A program made the translations under genes and the position numbers. DNA of 64,000 nt from Andalucia godoyi And28 (taxonomy: Eukaryota; Protista; Jakobida), in NCBI GenBank assembly GCA_009859145.1, contig VRVR01000053.1, forward strand, positions 142,375-206,374, read 5' to 3'. Positions 21,401 to 32,500 of this stretch are shown one piece after another. The notes below the pieces were generated by a model, which saw nothing but the letters and a program-made list of their open reading frames with translations, was not told the origin of the DNA and searched no databases. Within the stretch, counting starts at the first letter, position 1. Each line of letters starts with the position of its first letter.

Positions 21401-22795
21401 CGATTCGCATGGCGAGCCCATCTTGTTTATTTGGACGATCGATCCAATGTCCGGAAGCTATCGCAGCATGACCTTGCAACTTCTGCACTGCATAGCGTTC
21501 CGCTATCCAACGAGCGTCCGGATCCAGCAGAAGAGCCGACAGCCAGGCTCATTGCGCGGCTTCAGGAAAGTCTTCCGTCGTTGATGGTACCGGAAGAAGA
21601 AGCGCATGCAGTCAGCCAGCTGAGCGATCCAGTCTCGTTCAAGGATCTGCAGACCCACCATTCTTTGGAGGATGCTTCGGTGCGTGACCCACAATCGCAT
21701 ATTGCACCCGTGAATGTTGCCGAGGCTCTTTTCGAGTCTCGTCTTGGCGTGTGCCTGGGCAACGATTCAGAAAATGGCCGCCCGGGCAAGGAAAGCGAAT
21801 TTCTGTCACATAATGCACGAGGAGATAGCGTGTCGAAGCAGCCGGATGTTCGTGCATTGGTGCGGCCAGTGCGATTGCTCCTTTCCCATCTAGGCCTTTT
21901 ACCGCCCGTTGCCGTTCCTTCGTTTTCGTTCCTCGATGTTGCGTCTGTCAAAGTGCAGCGTGAGTTGGCCAAAATCGATGTGCTGCCGTGCCGTACTAAC
22001 TTGTCTATTGGAGTTGTGTACGTTGCGAAAGGCCAGGACTCCTACAATCAATATTTGCTCAACAGCATCCAGAGTGAATCGCTGGCATTTCGCGCTTTTC
22101 TTCTCTCCCTTGGATATGTTGTTTCGCGGTCTTCCGGCGCCGCTTCTGCGTCCTCCGCATTGGCGTCGCAACAGCCGCAATCTCCGCCGCCGTCGGATGA
22201 GCAACTGGTCCTGAGCACACCACTGTGGGATGCCCGGTTCGTCATCTCGACGCGCATCGCAACCTCGAATGCAGCACAAGTTGCATCTGCCGTTTCGCTG
22301 AAGCGATACGAGCAGATCCCGTTGTTTGCGTCCACATCAAAAGTGTGGATTGTATGGTGCGAGAACCCGCGCGAGTATGTTCCCCACTTTCCAGCGTCCG
22401 CTTCAGCCGCTGCGTCAGCATCGTTGTCGACCGTGCCGACCTACTCCACTACCTCGAATGGGCATGGAAGCACCGGCGGTACTTCAGCTGTGATTCCCGA
22501 GGTCTTTATCGTCGTGTATCCAAACACGCAGGAAAATTGCTATGAAAACACATTCCGAGTACGCGTGATTGTTCGCGATGGCGGTTTCCGTGACTTTGGG
22601 CCGCTGCGAGACTACATGTTGGTTTCAAGATCAATGCTGGGGCCCTTGGTACGCGAGACAGCCGTACAGGCCGCTTTGGGAATCTTGAGGGTCCGAGATG
22701 CCTTTCGATCCCCATCGGATCTCCGACAATGTGCAATTGAGGACATTGTCTCAAAATGGGGATCGCCGATTCCTGTGCGCTCGGGTTTGGTGTGA
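17198..22795 (+). CDS. RalGAP-alpha/beta-like protein with C-terminal Rap/Ran-GAP-fold domain
   Basis: N-terminal VLDT......RFKHL (RALGAPA-like), ILRSRSGRFAW, IGVVYVAKGQ...F..FLLSLGY, VWIVWCE..R.Y, FGPL.D.MLV...LGPLVR.TA. Start moved to ATG 17198. Confidence 0.8.
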
Positions 22796-23063
22796 TTGCA
22801 AAACGAATGTCACGACGGGGCGGCGATCGTGAGGCGGCGATCGTGGGGCGGCGCTGGCTGCTTCCATTACTTATTTTATTCAGAATTCCCAAACTCTGCT
22901 TATCACACAGCTTTTGCGAATAATTTGTGTAATAAGGGTTCTTTTTCTTCTTTTTCTTCTTCTGTTTTCCGCAATCTCTATTTGACGTTTGTGTATTTTT
23001 GGCATTTCCTTTTCTGCTTCACTGCTTGTGTTTCACACAAATTGAGCATTGTTGAGGAAAATC

Positions 23064-24827
23064 ATGGCGGACACTACTGTGACACCGAAGGGTGCAGGAA
23101 GCGCTCCGGCTACTGCTGCTGCGTCCGCTTCGGGGGTGGCGGAGAAGGACAAGGACAGCAAGACTCTGGACTGGACGGTGAGCGATGCGGTTCTGCCTCC
23201 TTCCGGTACCCCGATCCTGCGAGATTTGATAGGATTGCATGTGCACGTGCTTCGGTTCTTCGCAAAAGCGCAAATCGGGCGCGAGGTGTTTGAGAATGAG
23301 CGGGCACAGCTGCGCGATCGTCGCGGTTCCGTGGGCCGTTATGGACTGTGGCACAAGTCCGCGATGGTTCTAGCACTCATTGCATGCATCGCGTCTATTA
23401 TTGTGCAGATTGCAACGGTGAGTGACAAGTCTGCCAGGATTTCTAAAGCCCAGGATAAGCAAGACGAAAGGGTAAAGTCGTATAATGTTGTCATTGCACG
23501 ATGGACCGATCTGCGGCAGTCGACAATCGATTCGCTCGACTTCACCGATCCTATCAAGTTGGATTTGCAGTACCGGCTCATCAAGGTCGCCGACCAATCC
23601 ATCTCCGTGCTCAAAAGCCTAAAGACGGAAGGCCAGAACCTCGTCAAGATCGTCACCACGTTGTTTGGCCTCGAGCTTTTCTTTCTGTTTGTGCTTATCT
23701 TTGCCACCTGCGCTGTTGGACTCGCCTTGCGGAACTGGAGGACTACAAAGGTTTCGTGTAAGTGGCTTTCCGTAGCTTGGCTGGCTACGTTTTTGGTCCC
23801 GTACATCGTATCTTTCATTCCGTTCCGCATAACGCTGACAGAAACCGACGTGTGGACCAAGGCATCCGACACGACGCAGCTCACCGCTGACTTTTTCACA
23901 CATCTCGCAGGGACCATCACTCCGGCCCAGCTGGCTACGCTCCCCGAGGCCGCAGAGGTTCTCGTTAATGCGTCGCCCATCGCAATCCAGGAACTTGCGG
24001 ACCAGTTGCAGTACGTCTCCAAGAACATTCTCAATCCATTGGACGATGCGATCCGAGGTTCTCCGTTTGCCGTCATGATGTTTGTTCGCACGGCCCCTCC
24101 ATCGCTCTCGCTTCTCCCGTCCCTTCTTACCGCGGCCATCCTCTTCAAGACCGTGTTCCCGGTCTCGTCTGCGCTGCCAGCCGTGCTCGTGTTTGGAGTC
24201 CCAGTGTTCAGCACCCCACTGACGATCGCCCTGTTTGCCATGTTGCTGCAGATCATGCCATCGCCTTTGCTGATCATTGCTGCTGTGTTACTCGCTTCCA
24301 GTTTGCTGCCTCTCATGTACCGCCCGTCGCAGTACACTTCTGCCATGACCACCGTCGACTTTGACTCGGAGATCAAGCGCCGCATGCGAGTGTCGCTCAT
24401 CCTCAAGGTCCTTTCTGCCGTGCTTATTTTTGCGTGGCTCATCGCCGTCGGCGTCGCAGGCACAAACTCGTCGATTGATCTCGATACCCTCACGATTATC
24501 AACGCGCTTCTCGGTGTTCTTCGAGGCCTCGTCATCACCGAGCCCTTCTGGTGCGACTGCATGATTCTCACCGTCGCAACAATCCACAGATTCAGCTTCC
24601 TGCTGCGCAAGGAAAACAAGGAAACGGAAAGCATCGAGGAAAACAACGCCATTGCCACGATGTTTGACATGATGCCCGAGCAGCCTCAAAGCAAGGACCG
24701 TCCGCTGTCCTCCGTGGAGCTCATCAGCCATAAACACGAGGATGCTTCCGCAGCCACCGAGTCCGAGTCCCAGTCCCAGTCCGAGTCCCAGCAAGAGCCG
24801 CATGCATCTTTCTCTATGATTGTGTGA
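23064..24827 (+). CDS. Uncharacterised multi-pass membrane protein (about 8-9 TM segments)
   Basis: Long ORF from ATG 23064 with many hydrophobic 20-mers; no family recognised. Confidence 0.75.
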   Translation: MADTTVTPKGAGSAPATAAASASGVAEKDKDSKTLDWTVSDAVLPPSGTPILRDLIGLHVHVLRFFAKAQIGREVFENERAQLRDRRGSVGRYGLWHKSAMVLALIACIASIIVQIATVSDKSARISKAQDKQDERVKSYNVVIARWTDLRQSTIDSLDFTDPIKLDLQYRLIKVADQSISVLKSLKTEGQNLVKIVTTLFGLELFFLFVLIFATCAVGLALRNWRTTKVSCKWLSVAWLATFLVPYIVSFIPFRITLTETDVWTKASDTTQLTADFFTHLAGTITPAQLATLPEAAEVLVNASPIAIQELADQLQYVSKNILNPLDDAIRGSPFAVMMFVRTAPPSLSLLPSLLTAAILFKTVFPVSSALPAVLVFGVPVFSTPLTIALFAMLLQIMPSPLLIIAAVLLASSLLPLMYRPSQYTSAMTTVDFDSEIKRRMRVSLILKVLSAVLIFAWLIAVGVAGTNSSIDLDTLTIINALLGVLRGLVITEPFWCDCMILTVATIHRFSFLLRKENKETESIEENNAIATMFDMMPEQPQSKDRPLSSVELISHKHEDASAATESESQSQSESQQEPHASFSMIV

Positions 24828-25095
24828 GTCGGGCCCTCATGGTAATTAAAAAAAACGTACGTTTCAAAAAAGAAATACCTTATCATGAATTCCCTCGTCC
24901 TCATTTCCCCTGCTTGTCAACAGTCGTAAAAAATAAAAAACGAGCTCCGTCCTGTCGTAGTAAAGGACATGACTGCTTTGCGAGACTCTGTTTTTCTCCC
25001 TCTACTTGCCTGTCTCTCTCTGTTTCTCTTTCTCACTCTCACTCACTCTCACTCACTCTCACTCACTCTCGCTCTCTTAAACTTTGAAAAGCAGG

Positions 25096-26439
25096 ATGAC
25101 CGAGTATACTCCGCGTGTGTCTTATTTAAAGTCTCTCCCGGCGGTTCGCGAAACGACGCACCGAGTCTTGGATCTTGCGCTGTCATGCGACGGCCTTGAC
25201 CACTGGCGCGTGGACCTGTCCCGTCTCGAGTCTGCAGCGGACTTGGTTTTGTCTGTGAAGGGGTCGACATATGGCGACATGCGATTTGAGGACCTGCCGT
25301 ATCATTCGCGGTGGCGTCATTTTGAGGCTGGGAAAATTGCCCGACTTTCGGAGTTGCTAGCGTCACTTGACGCGGCGGTTTATGACCGGCAGGCGATTCT
25401 ACGGCTGTTGCTGGATCTTGCGGTCGTAGCGGTGCTCTTGGACGCGGGCGCGGGAGCGGAATGGCGGTATGTCGAGGCTGCGACAGGCTTGACGTTCTCG
25501 CGCTCCGAGGGTCTGGGTGTCGCAGCATGGCACATGTTTTGTGCAGGTCTCTTCTCCTCGGATCCTGCGCGCGATCCGTATCGCGTGGATGCGGCTGGCC
25601 TCGCGCGTGTCACTCGAGACAAGCTTGCGGCCGGGATGCAGGTTTCTCCCTCGAACCCACTTGTGGGCCTCGAAGGGCGCCTTGCTCTGCTCCACAACCT
25701 CGGGTCCACGCTTGCTGCCCAGCCACACCTCTTTGCTCCTCCGGGGTGCGGCGGCGCCAACGCGAGCGCCCAGTCGGAGAACGGCATGCAGAACCGGCCT
25801 GGATGTTTCTTGGATGCGTTGGGGTCGCAGGAAATCTCGATCCAGGACTTGTGGCGCGTCGTGTCACAGGGGTTCGCAGACGTGTGGCCGCGATCCAGAT
25901 CGTCGCTTGATGGAGTCAACCTCGGCGATGTCTGGGTGTGCCCGGCTCTCGTTCGGCACCTTCAAAAGGACCATGACACGGGAGATGAGAAGGAGAAAGA
26001 GGCCAAGGGAATGGTGGCGTTTCATAAGCTGTCGCAGTGGCTGACGTATTCACTGTTGGAAGTGCTGGAAGTTCATGCAGGCATGCGCGTGGTTGGGGCA
26101 GCACAGCAGATGACTGGACTCGCTGAGTATCGCAATGGAGGGTTGCTTGTGGATATGGGGGTTATCGTGCCGCGAGAGACAGGTGCATTGGCAAAAGAGG
26201 GAGGATACGAAGTGCATTCTCCGTTTGTCATTGAGTGGCGCGCATTGACTGTTGCCCTGCTCGACCGACTCGCGACTCGCATCCGCGAAAAGGTCGGCGG
26301 ACTCTCGGAAGAGCAGCTGCCGCTCGCAAAGATCCTCGAAGCTGGGACGTGGGCTGCTGGCAGAGTCTGTGCGTGGAAGCGAAGCCCAGAAACAGGTAAT
26401 CCGCCCTTCAAGATCATCTCGGACGGTACTGTCTTTTAA
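25096..26439 (+). CDS. URC4: Uracil catabolism protein 4 (URC4/urg3, DUF1688)
   Basis: HSRWRHF, LLDAGAG..W.Y, RSEGLGVA, FHKLSQWLTYSL, TGLAEYRNGGLL, EWRALTV.LLD, LEAGTW, terminal SDGTVF. Confidence 0.93.
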   Translation: MTEYTPRVSYLKSLPAVRETTHRVLDLALSCDGLDHWRVDLSRLESAADLVLSVKGSTYGDMRFEDLPYHSRWRHFEAGKIARLSELLASLDAAVYDRQAILRLLLDLAVVAVLLDAGAGAEWRYVEAATGLTFSRSEGLGVAAWHMFCAGLFSSDPARDPYRVDAAGLARVTRDKLAAGMQVSPSNPLVGLEGRLALLHNLGSTLAAQPHLFAPPGCGGANASAQSENGMQNRPGCFLDALGSQEISIQDLWRVVSQGFADVWPRSRSSLDGVNLGDVWVCPALVRHLQKDHDTGDEKEKEAKGMVAFHKLSQWLTYSLLEVLEVHAGMRVVGAAQQMTGLAEYRNGGLLVDMGVIVPRETGALAKEGGYEVHSPFVIEWRALTVALLDRLATRIREKVGGLSEEQLPLAKILEAGTWAAGRVCAWKRSPETGNPPFKIISDGTVF

Positions 26440-26725
26440 GCCCATCACCACTATCACCACTATCATCCGTATCGCGACTTGGTTCGGTTCGGTTCGGTTC
26501 GGCTCGGCTCGTCACTATCTTTTTTATCATTTTTTATATATTTTTTACATTTAAAAAATTCATCCACCCGCCGTTAAAAAATGGTGGATATCTTACGCCG
26601 TGCCGTGCAAATGTGTGTGCGCGTGTGCGTGCGTGACAGTCGTGATGATTGTTTGCTTTTATTAAAAAATTATTATTTGTTCGCATATTTTGTTCGTTCC
26701 ATCCCTTTTCTGGCAGGATGTTGAT

Positions 26726-29065
26726 TTATGCTCGGGCGACAGAGTGGAGAAGGGCAGCATAGGAAAAGAGGTCAGGCGATCCGCTAACGGGAGCCAGGAT
26801 GGCGACGAACCGGTCATACTCGTCCGCTGAAGTCCCGAGGACTCTCTTGAGATCGGCAACCGAGACGATTCCGTTGATATCCGGAGCGTTCGGACCTCGA
26901 ATGGCCCTGAACATCTCGTCAACCAGCGTAGTATCAACTCCACCGGATCCTCTCTTTCTTCGTCGCTCGCGCGCAGCACACACGTCTCGCACAAGCTCAT
27001 CAAACTGCGCGCGCGTCAGCTCACCACCCTCAGCAAGTCCAAGTCGAGCCCAGACGCGATCAGCAGGCTCCAGCAGGCCCGCCTCGCCATCGGTGGACTG
27101 CACCAGAGCAGCGTACTCCAGTCGGCTGAGAGTTCCAGACTTGTCCTTGTCGAAATGCACGAATCCAGCGACAAGCTCGCGCTCCACGGCCGCGTCACTG
27201 TCTTCGTCGGCGGACGTCAGCTTCGACCGAGAAACATGCGCGGCGACCTTAGCCTCCAGCGCGGCGACCGAAGGCTCGACAGCTCGATCGTCGCCAAGCA
27301 AGGACGCAAGCTGCCGAAGATCCTGCAACTGCGATTCGAGCTCTTCAGCGGACACCGCCTGCTGCTGCTGAGGCGATTGAAGCAGAAGATTCTCGAGATT
27401 GGATGCCTTGGTGTGATACTCGGATCGACGGGCTTCAAGTTGCTGTGCATTCGACAGCCGCGTGCGAATTGCGCGGATCGACCGCTGGATTTGAAGCTTT
27501 CGAGCCTCTGGAGCGTAGTCGGACGGGATAACAGACGGCGCCGTCGCTGCATTGAATCCGCCGATATCGACCTGCTGCACCAGTCGCTCAATCTCCAGCA
27601 GTTCCTCTTCGTCGATCTCGACCTTGTCACCGTCACCGCCACTGTTCGTGTCATTGTCATTGTCATTGAGACTTGCTGGGAGACGGGAGGCCAAGTCCTC
27701 GAGAGCGAGATATGTGGCAAACGTCTGTGAGTGCTCCGCGGCGATCTTGGCCAGAAGCTCGGTCTCACGGTTCGCGAGGCTCGTCAGCGTCCTTTCGATT
27801 TCCGAGTCGCACTTTGCAATTCGCGGGTTGCGCAGCGATGCAGATTTGCTGCCAACCGCTGCAACTTGAGCCTTGAGATTGTGGACGCGGCTTCGGGCTT
27901 CCGCAATCGCCAGCAGAGAGTCCTGCCGATCAACATCACCACCGTCTTGTTCCCTGTCTTTCTGAATCTGCTCCAGAGTGGAAAAGGCGGCAGCAAGCAG
28001 GGTTTCGAGAATTGTGTTCGTGGTCTTGGTGCGCGTTTCAAGCTTTTGTGCACGGGCCTGCGACTGGGACTTTGCCGCGTGCTCTTGCTCTCGAGCCTGC
28101 ATGACGGCCCAACGTGCACGGAGGTTCTGTGGCTGGAACTGGGGATGGAGCAGCGTAGACTGTGCCGTGGCAACCTGGGACTCAATGTGCTGGAGAATTT
28201 GCCAATACTTGGACTTTTCAGCATGAAACACGGATGGATCTGCCGTCTTGAACTGGGCGTCGGTCCACGAGATGAAGTTCTTAGCCTGTGCTTCAAGCTG
28301 CTTGCGCTGGTCATCCAGCGCCACAAGAGTCGCAGCAAGTTGGCGGAAAGATTGCTCCTTGTTCGCAGACTGGAAGTTCTTCCAGCAGCACGAGATGTAC
28401 GTCATCACGGACTTTTCGTCCGGCTTGGCACCAAGCATATCCTCTACATCCAACAGTCTCGGAACCCCAAAGTGCGTCTCTGCAAGTGAAAACGCGAGTT
28501 CAATGTTTGCATATGCAGTGCTTGTGCGAACCTTGTCCATGTCGACGACCTCGGGCTTGTGGGCGTGGAGCAGTGCACAGAATGCAATTCCAGAGGTCCA
28601 CGATGCGCCAAAGTCGTTGATCTCGACAACCGAGGATGGGACCTTCTTCTTGCACCACAGCAGCAGCCCTTCCTTGGCGGTGTTTGCGTCTTCCTGGATC
28701 TCCTCGAGCGAGTACTTGTGAATGAGAGTCCACAGCATTCCAAGAATCAACTTCGAATTGTGCTCCAAGATATCCTCCGCCGAAAACTGCAACTTCAACT
28801 TGGACTTGCCAACAAAGTTGTTGATAAAGTCCAAAGCCTTGTTGAGGTTTTCAATCTTTTGGAACTTCATCTTTGGGGTCTTGTGCATCTTGGCAGATAT
28901 GTCCTTCTTGGACAACTCGGACACGAGGTCGCAAAGCAGCGTTCCGTCTTCAAAGTCCGCGGCGAGATCCTTAATCACGCGTCCGCGGCGGCTCAGATAT
29001 GCGTTGCACCATCGAGTAAACGACTTGATCTGCATATTCTCCCATGTTTTTTCCAGCAGCGACAT
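26726..29065 (-). CDS. alpha-actinin-like protein (CH1-CH2, helical rod, EF hand)
   Basis: WENMQIKSFTRWCN, DFEDGTLLCDL, KLILGMLWTLI, AKEGLLLWC, DEKSVMTYIS; EF loop DKDKSGTLSRLEY. Confidence 0.9.
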   Translation of the reverse strand: MSLLEKTWENMQIKSFTRWCNAYLSRRGRVIKDLAADFEDGTLLCDLVSELSKKDISAKMHKTPKMKFQKIENLNKALDFINNFVGKSKLKLQFSAEDILEHNSKLILGMLWTLIHKYSLEEIQEDANTAKEGLLLWCKKKVPSSVVEINDFGASWTSGIAFCALLHAHKPEVVDMDKVRTSTAYANIELAFSLAETHFGVPRLLDVEDMLGAKPDEKSVMTYISCCWKNFQSANKEQSFRQLAATLVALDDQRKQLEAQAKNFISWTDAQFKTADPSVFHAEKSKYWQILQHIESQVATAQSTLLHPQFQPQNLRARWAVMQAREQEHAAKSQSQARAQKLETRTKTTNTILETLLAAAFSTLEQIQKDREQDGGDVDRQDSLLAIAEARSRVHNLKAQVAAVGSKSASLRNPRIAKCDSEIERTLTSLANRETELLAKIAAEHSQTFATYLALEDLASRLPASLNDNDNDTNSGGDGDKVEIDEEELLEIERLVQQVDIGGFNAATAPSVIPSDYAPEARKLQIQRSIRAIRTRLSNAQQLEARRSEYHTKASNLENLLLQSPQQQQAVSAEELESQLQDLRQLASLLGDDRAVEPSVAALEAKVAAHVSRSKLTSADEDSDAAVERELVAGFVHFDKDKSGTLSRLEYAALVQSTDGEAGLLEPADRVWARLGLAEGGELTRAQFDELVRDVCAARERRRKRGSGGVDTTLVDEMFRAIRGPNAPDINGIVSVADLKRVLGTSADEYDRFVAILAPVSGSPDLFSYAALLHSVARA

Positions 29066-29184
29066 TTTGTTCAGTTACGATGCTTTGATCTTGGTCGGTA
29101 ATCCACTGAGGTTTTGACGTTTGCTTCCAAGTATTTTTGATAATCGATGACGACAACAGAGAAAAAGAATAGTAGCACAGTATT

Positions 29185-29230
<46 letters not shown>
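29185..29230. repeat. (AAC)n microsatellite
   Basis: About 15 tandem AAC units upstream of the actinin-like gene. Confidence 0.95.
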
Positions 29231-29231
<1 letters not shown>

Positions 29232-29528
29232 GAAGTAATCATAGAAACCTTGCGGCGTCCAATTTATTTATACTTGTGTGTGAACTAGCATGTGTTACGC
29301 TTCCGGCTTGGGCCTCTCATCCGTCCTCAAGAGCCGCAGTGATAATGAAGTGACCGGAAAGTTGACTGCGATATTGATCCTCGGCGGTTCCAGTGCGCAC
29401 AGATTGCTTTCTTCCACCTCATATCTCGTTCAAGTTTTTCTGCACATACTCGAACATTTGTCATGATTTTCGCGCGCATACATTTACGCATTTTCCTTTG
29501 TGCATCAAGCATGAAACGATTATCTGAC

Positions 29529-32500
29529 TTATGAATCTTCTATTTCAAAGACATTGACGGATCCTGACTGCGCTTTTGATTCCGTCTGGGAATCGTCCAC
29601 CGCGACAGGCGCGTCTTCCGCTGCAGCGTCGATGAGGACATCCATAATACGGCCTGCAGACTCGCTGCTTTCGCCATGCTTGTCGACACCGCCGTCTACG
29701 TCGTCTTCGTGATCATCGTCATCGTCATCGTTATCGTCATCGTCATCGTCATTGTCATTGTCATTGTCATTGTCATCGCTATCGCTGGAAGTGTCAAAAA
29801 CATCTTCCTTGACGTCTGCCACAGCGCTGCAATCGTCCTGTTTTCTGCGCTGATCACGACATTTGTCATCATCGATGACGGTTCTATGGTCCTCCTTATT
29901 GGACAATTTCTGTTCACCATCATACGTTTCATCTGTCAACGCAGGCTCTGGTTCAGATACACGGATGACTGTAGGGCTCCCAGTAGTCGATTGATCTTCC
30001 GCCTCCTTGTGCTCCACCATCGCCACTTTCAGCTGATCATCGTCGCTGTCAATCTGAATGTTTCGTGTTTTTCGAGACTTCTTGTTTGCTTTTTTTCGGT
30101 CGTCTTGGATGCGCTCCCGGAGGGCAGCAAACTCTTCCAACACAAGTGGCAGCATTGGCGGCTCTCGCTCTTGGAAAGTGTCCATGCACATGGCTTTCAG
30201 TCTGTCTCTCATCATGGGAATGAGCCGCTGTGCGTTGAACCAGTCGACTCCAAAGGACAACTCTGTATTGGACCACTTTGACAGAACCGCGGTCGTCCCG
30301 AGATCCATCAAATCGGTTACAAGAAACTCCACAAACGTCAGCAGGAATGCGCCGCAGTCTGATCCATTGCTTTGCTCCGGAACGCGGACACGCTCGTACC
30401 GCACGATCCTTCTGCTCGACAAAGGAAGGACAATAGCATCCTCCGCAAGACCCGCATCGGCAGCAGGAATCTTCCGGCGCAAGAAATCTGTGATTTTCCG
30501 TGCAGCAAGTGTGAACGAGTTCTTGTTGGAAGGCATCGAATCGAGAAACAGAATCATGCAACAGCAGCCATCCATGGACGCCTGCGACGGATTCAAAACG
30601 ATCGCGAGCGACCAGTGCAGACTCTTCTGATGCAGCGGGATAACAAGAATGCTCTTTTGTGCGAGTTCCACTTTTCGCACAAATGCGTCTTGGCGCTCGG
30701 TGGGGGCGGTGAAGAAGTGAGTCGAAAAAAAGTGAATGGATTTTGCATACTCGGGAGAACGCGACTCGAGCACTGCTTTCAGAAAAGCGAGATACATGTC
30801 AATGAGATTATCGTTGAGAAACTCCCCAGGGCGTGTCCGGCGCATATCGGATCCCCGAAGATCCACATTATACTTGACTCCAAGAGGAAGCTTGTCCAGC
30901 TCTTCGTCGTCTTCCAACATATCTACAGTTTCAGCAGTGCGTTCGTGGTTCCGAGATCCAGTGCGAGACGACGGTTTGGCGGTTCCTCGTCGGTGCTGCT
31001 GCTTCGCACTTGAGTTAGAATCGTTTCCATCGTTACCAGCGTTACTCGCATCACCAGTATTTCCCTCATCCCGGTCATGGTCAAGATCACGGTCACGATC
31101 GACATCGACATCGTCATCGTCATCACTGGACAATACGACAACCTCGACTGAGTTACTGGATTTTCCTCCCAGAGACACGGACCGCTTCCGCTTGGACATT
31201 TTCTCTCCCCCGCGAGTCCCACCGAGCGAGCCTGTTTCAGTGTCCGACAGTGCATCCTTTTTTGTACATGTTTCTTTTCTCTTGTGCTTGGATTCGTCTC
31301 CCTTTCCCACACGGCTACTCGTCGCATCATTGAGGGATCGCAAATGCGAACCAGCTGTGAGAGCGGGACTGCCTTCCATAAACTGCGAGGAAGAAAATCG
31401 CAAACGACTCGCAGCCGTCGGGACGCACTGTGACGACGATGACGATGCTTTGTGAGCATTGTACTGCGCAGCCTCGATCGCTCGCCTGGACAACCCCGAA
31501 ACATTCGCAGGTGCGAGCGGAGAGCCGGGGCGTTTCAGTTTCGCAGAAGGCACTGCTTGCATCTTTCCGTTTGCAGGAGACCGAAGAGTAGGCGCGGGAA
31601 GCACCTTTTCGACATGCGGTGCTGGTTCGCGAAATGTCGGTCGGATGGCATCTGACACAGCCGACACAGCCGATGAAGTCGTCCCCCGGGTAATGGTAAG
31701 ACACGTTCCCTTTGCCTTTGCCTTCATGAAAAACTCCAGGAGCAGTTGGGCTGAAGTATTGTTTGCGATGTGAAACTCCAGCTCCACAAGTGAATCCCGG
31801 TGTGCTGCGAACGATGCGTCGGCGGGTCTCAAAGGCAGCGGGACGTTTCTTGTTCCAAATGTCAAAGACACTGACGTCGCATTCGGAGGAATGTCATTAG
31901 GGTACGGGACATTGACTTGCTCGACATCCGCAACGCGAAGCTTGATCTGCCGTGCGCCATGAATGTAAAATGAAAAATGGCCCACGACGCGATCGTGGGC
32001 ATCCACGGACATGTTGAAGTATATATCGTCGTTCTGGTCCACTGCAAATGAGCGCCCTCTGACAATCACCTTCTGAAGCGTGCAGATCCGAGAGAAAGTC
32101 AGGGCTGCAGCACCCGAACCCAATCCGTCCATGGAATGCCGTGCATGGCCTCTGTTGCTCCGTCCGCTGTCCATCCCACCACCCGTACTCTGGGTATCTG
32201 CGCCACTGCTTGGTCTTCCAGGGTAGCAAGTAACGGTAGGGGTAGAGGTGACAGATGGCGGTGGTCCCGGACATCGTGCCAGCAGCGGATCCACAACATC
32301 CTCGTCCGCAATCTTTGGTCTCTTTCGACTGGAGTCCCCGGCCACATCAACTGTAAGCGGCCGTTTTCTCGATTGGTGAGGCACAAGCCGTTTTGGCGGA
32401 AGAGCCGAAGAGTCCCGAAAGTACGCATCGAGACTCTCTGACGGCCTCGTCCCCCGCTTTAGGATGCTTCGATCAATTAAGTTTTCCGAATTCAGCGTCG

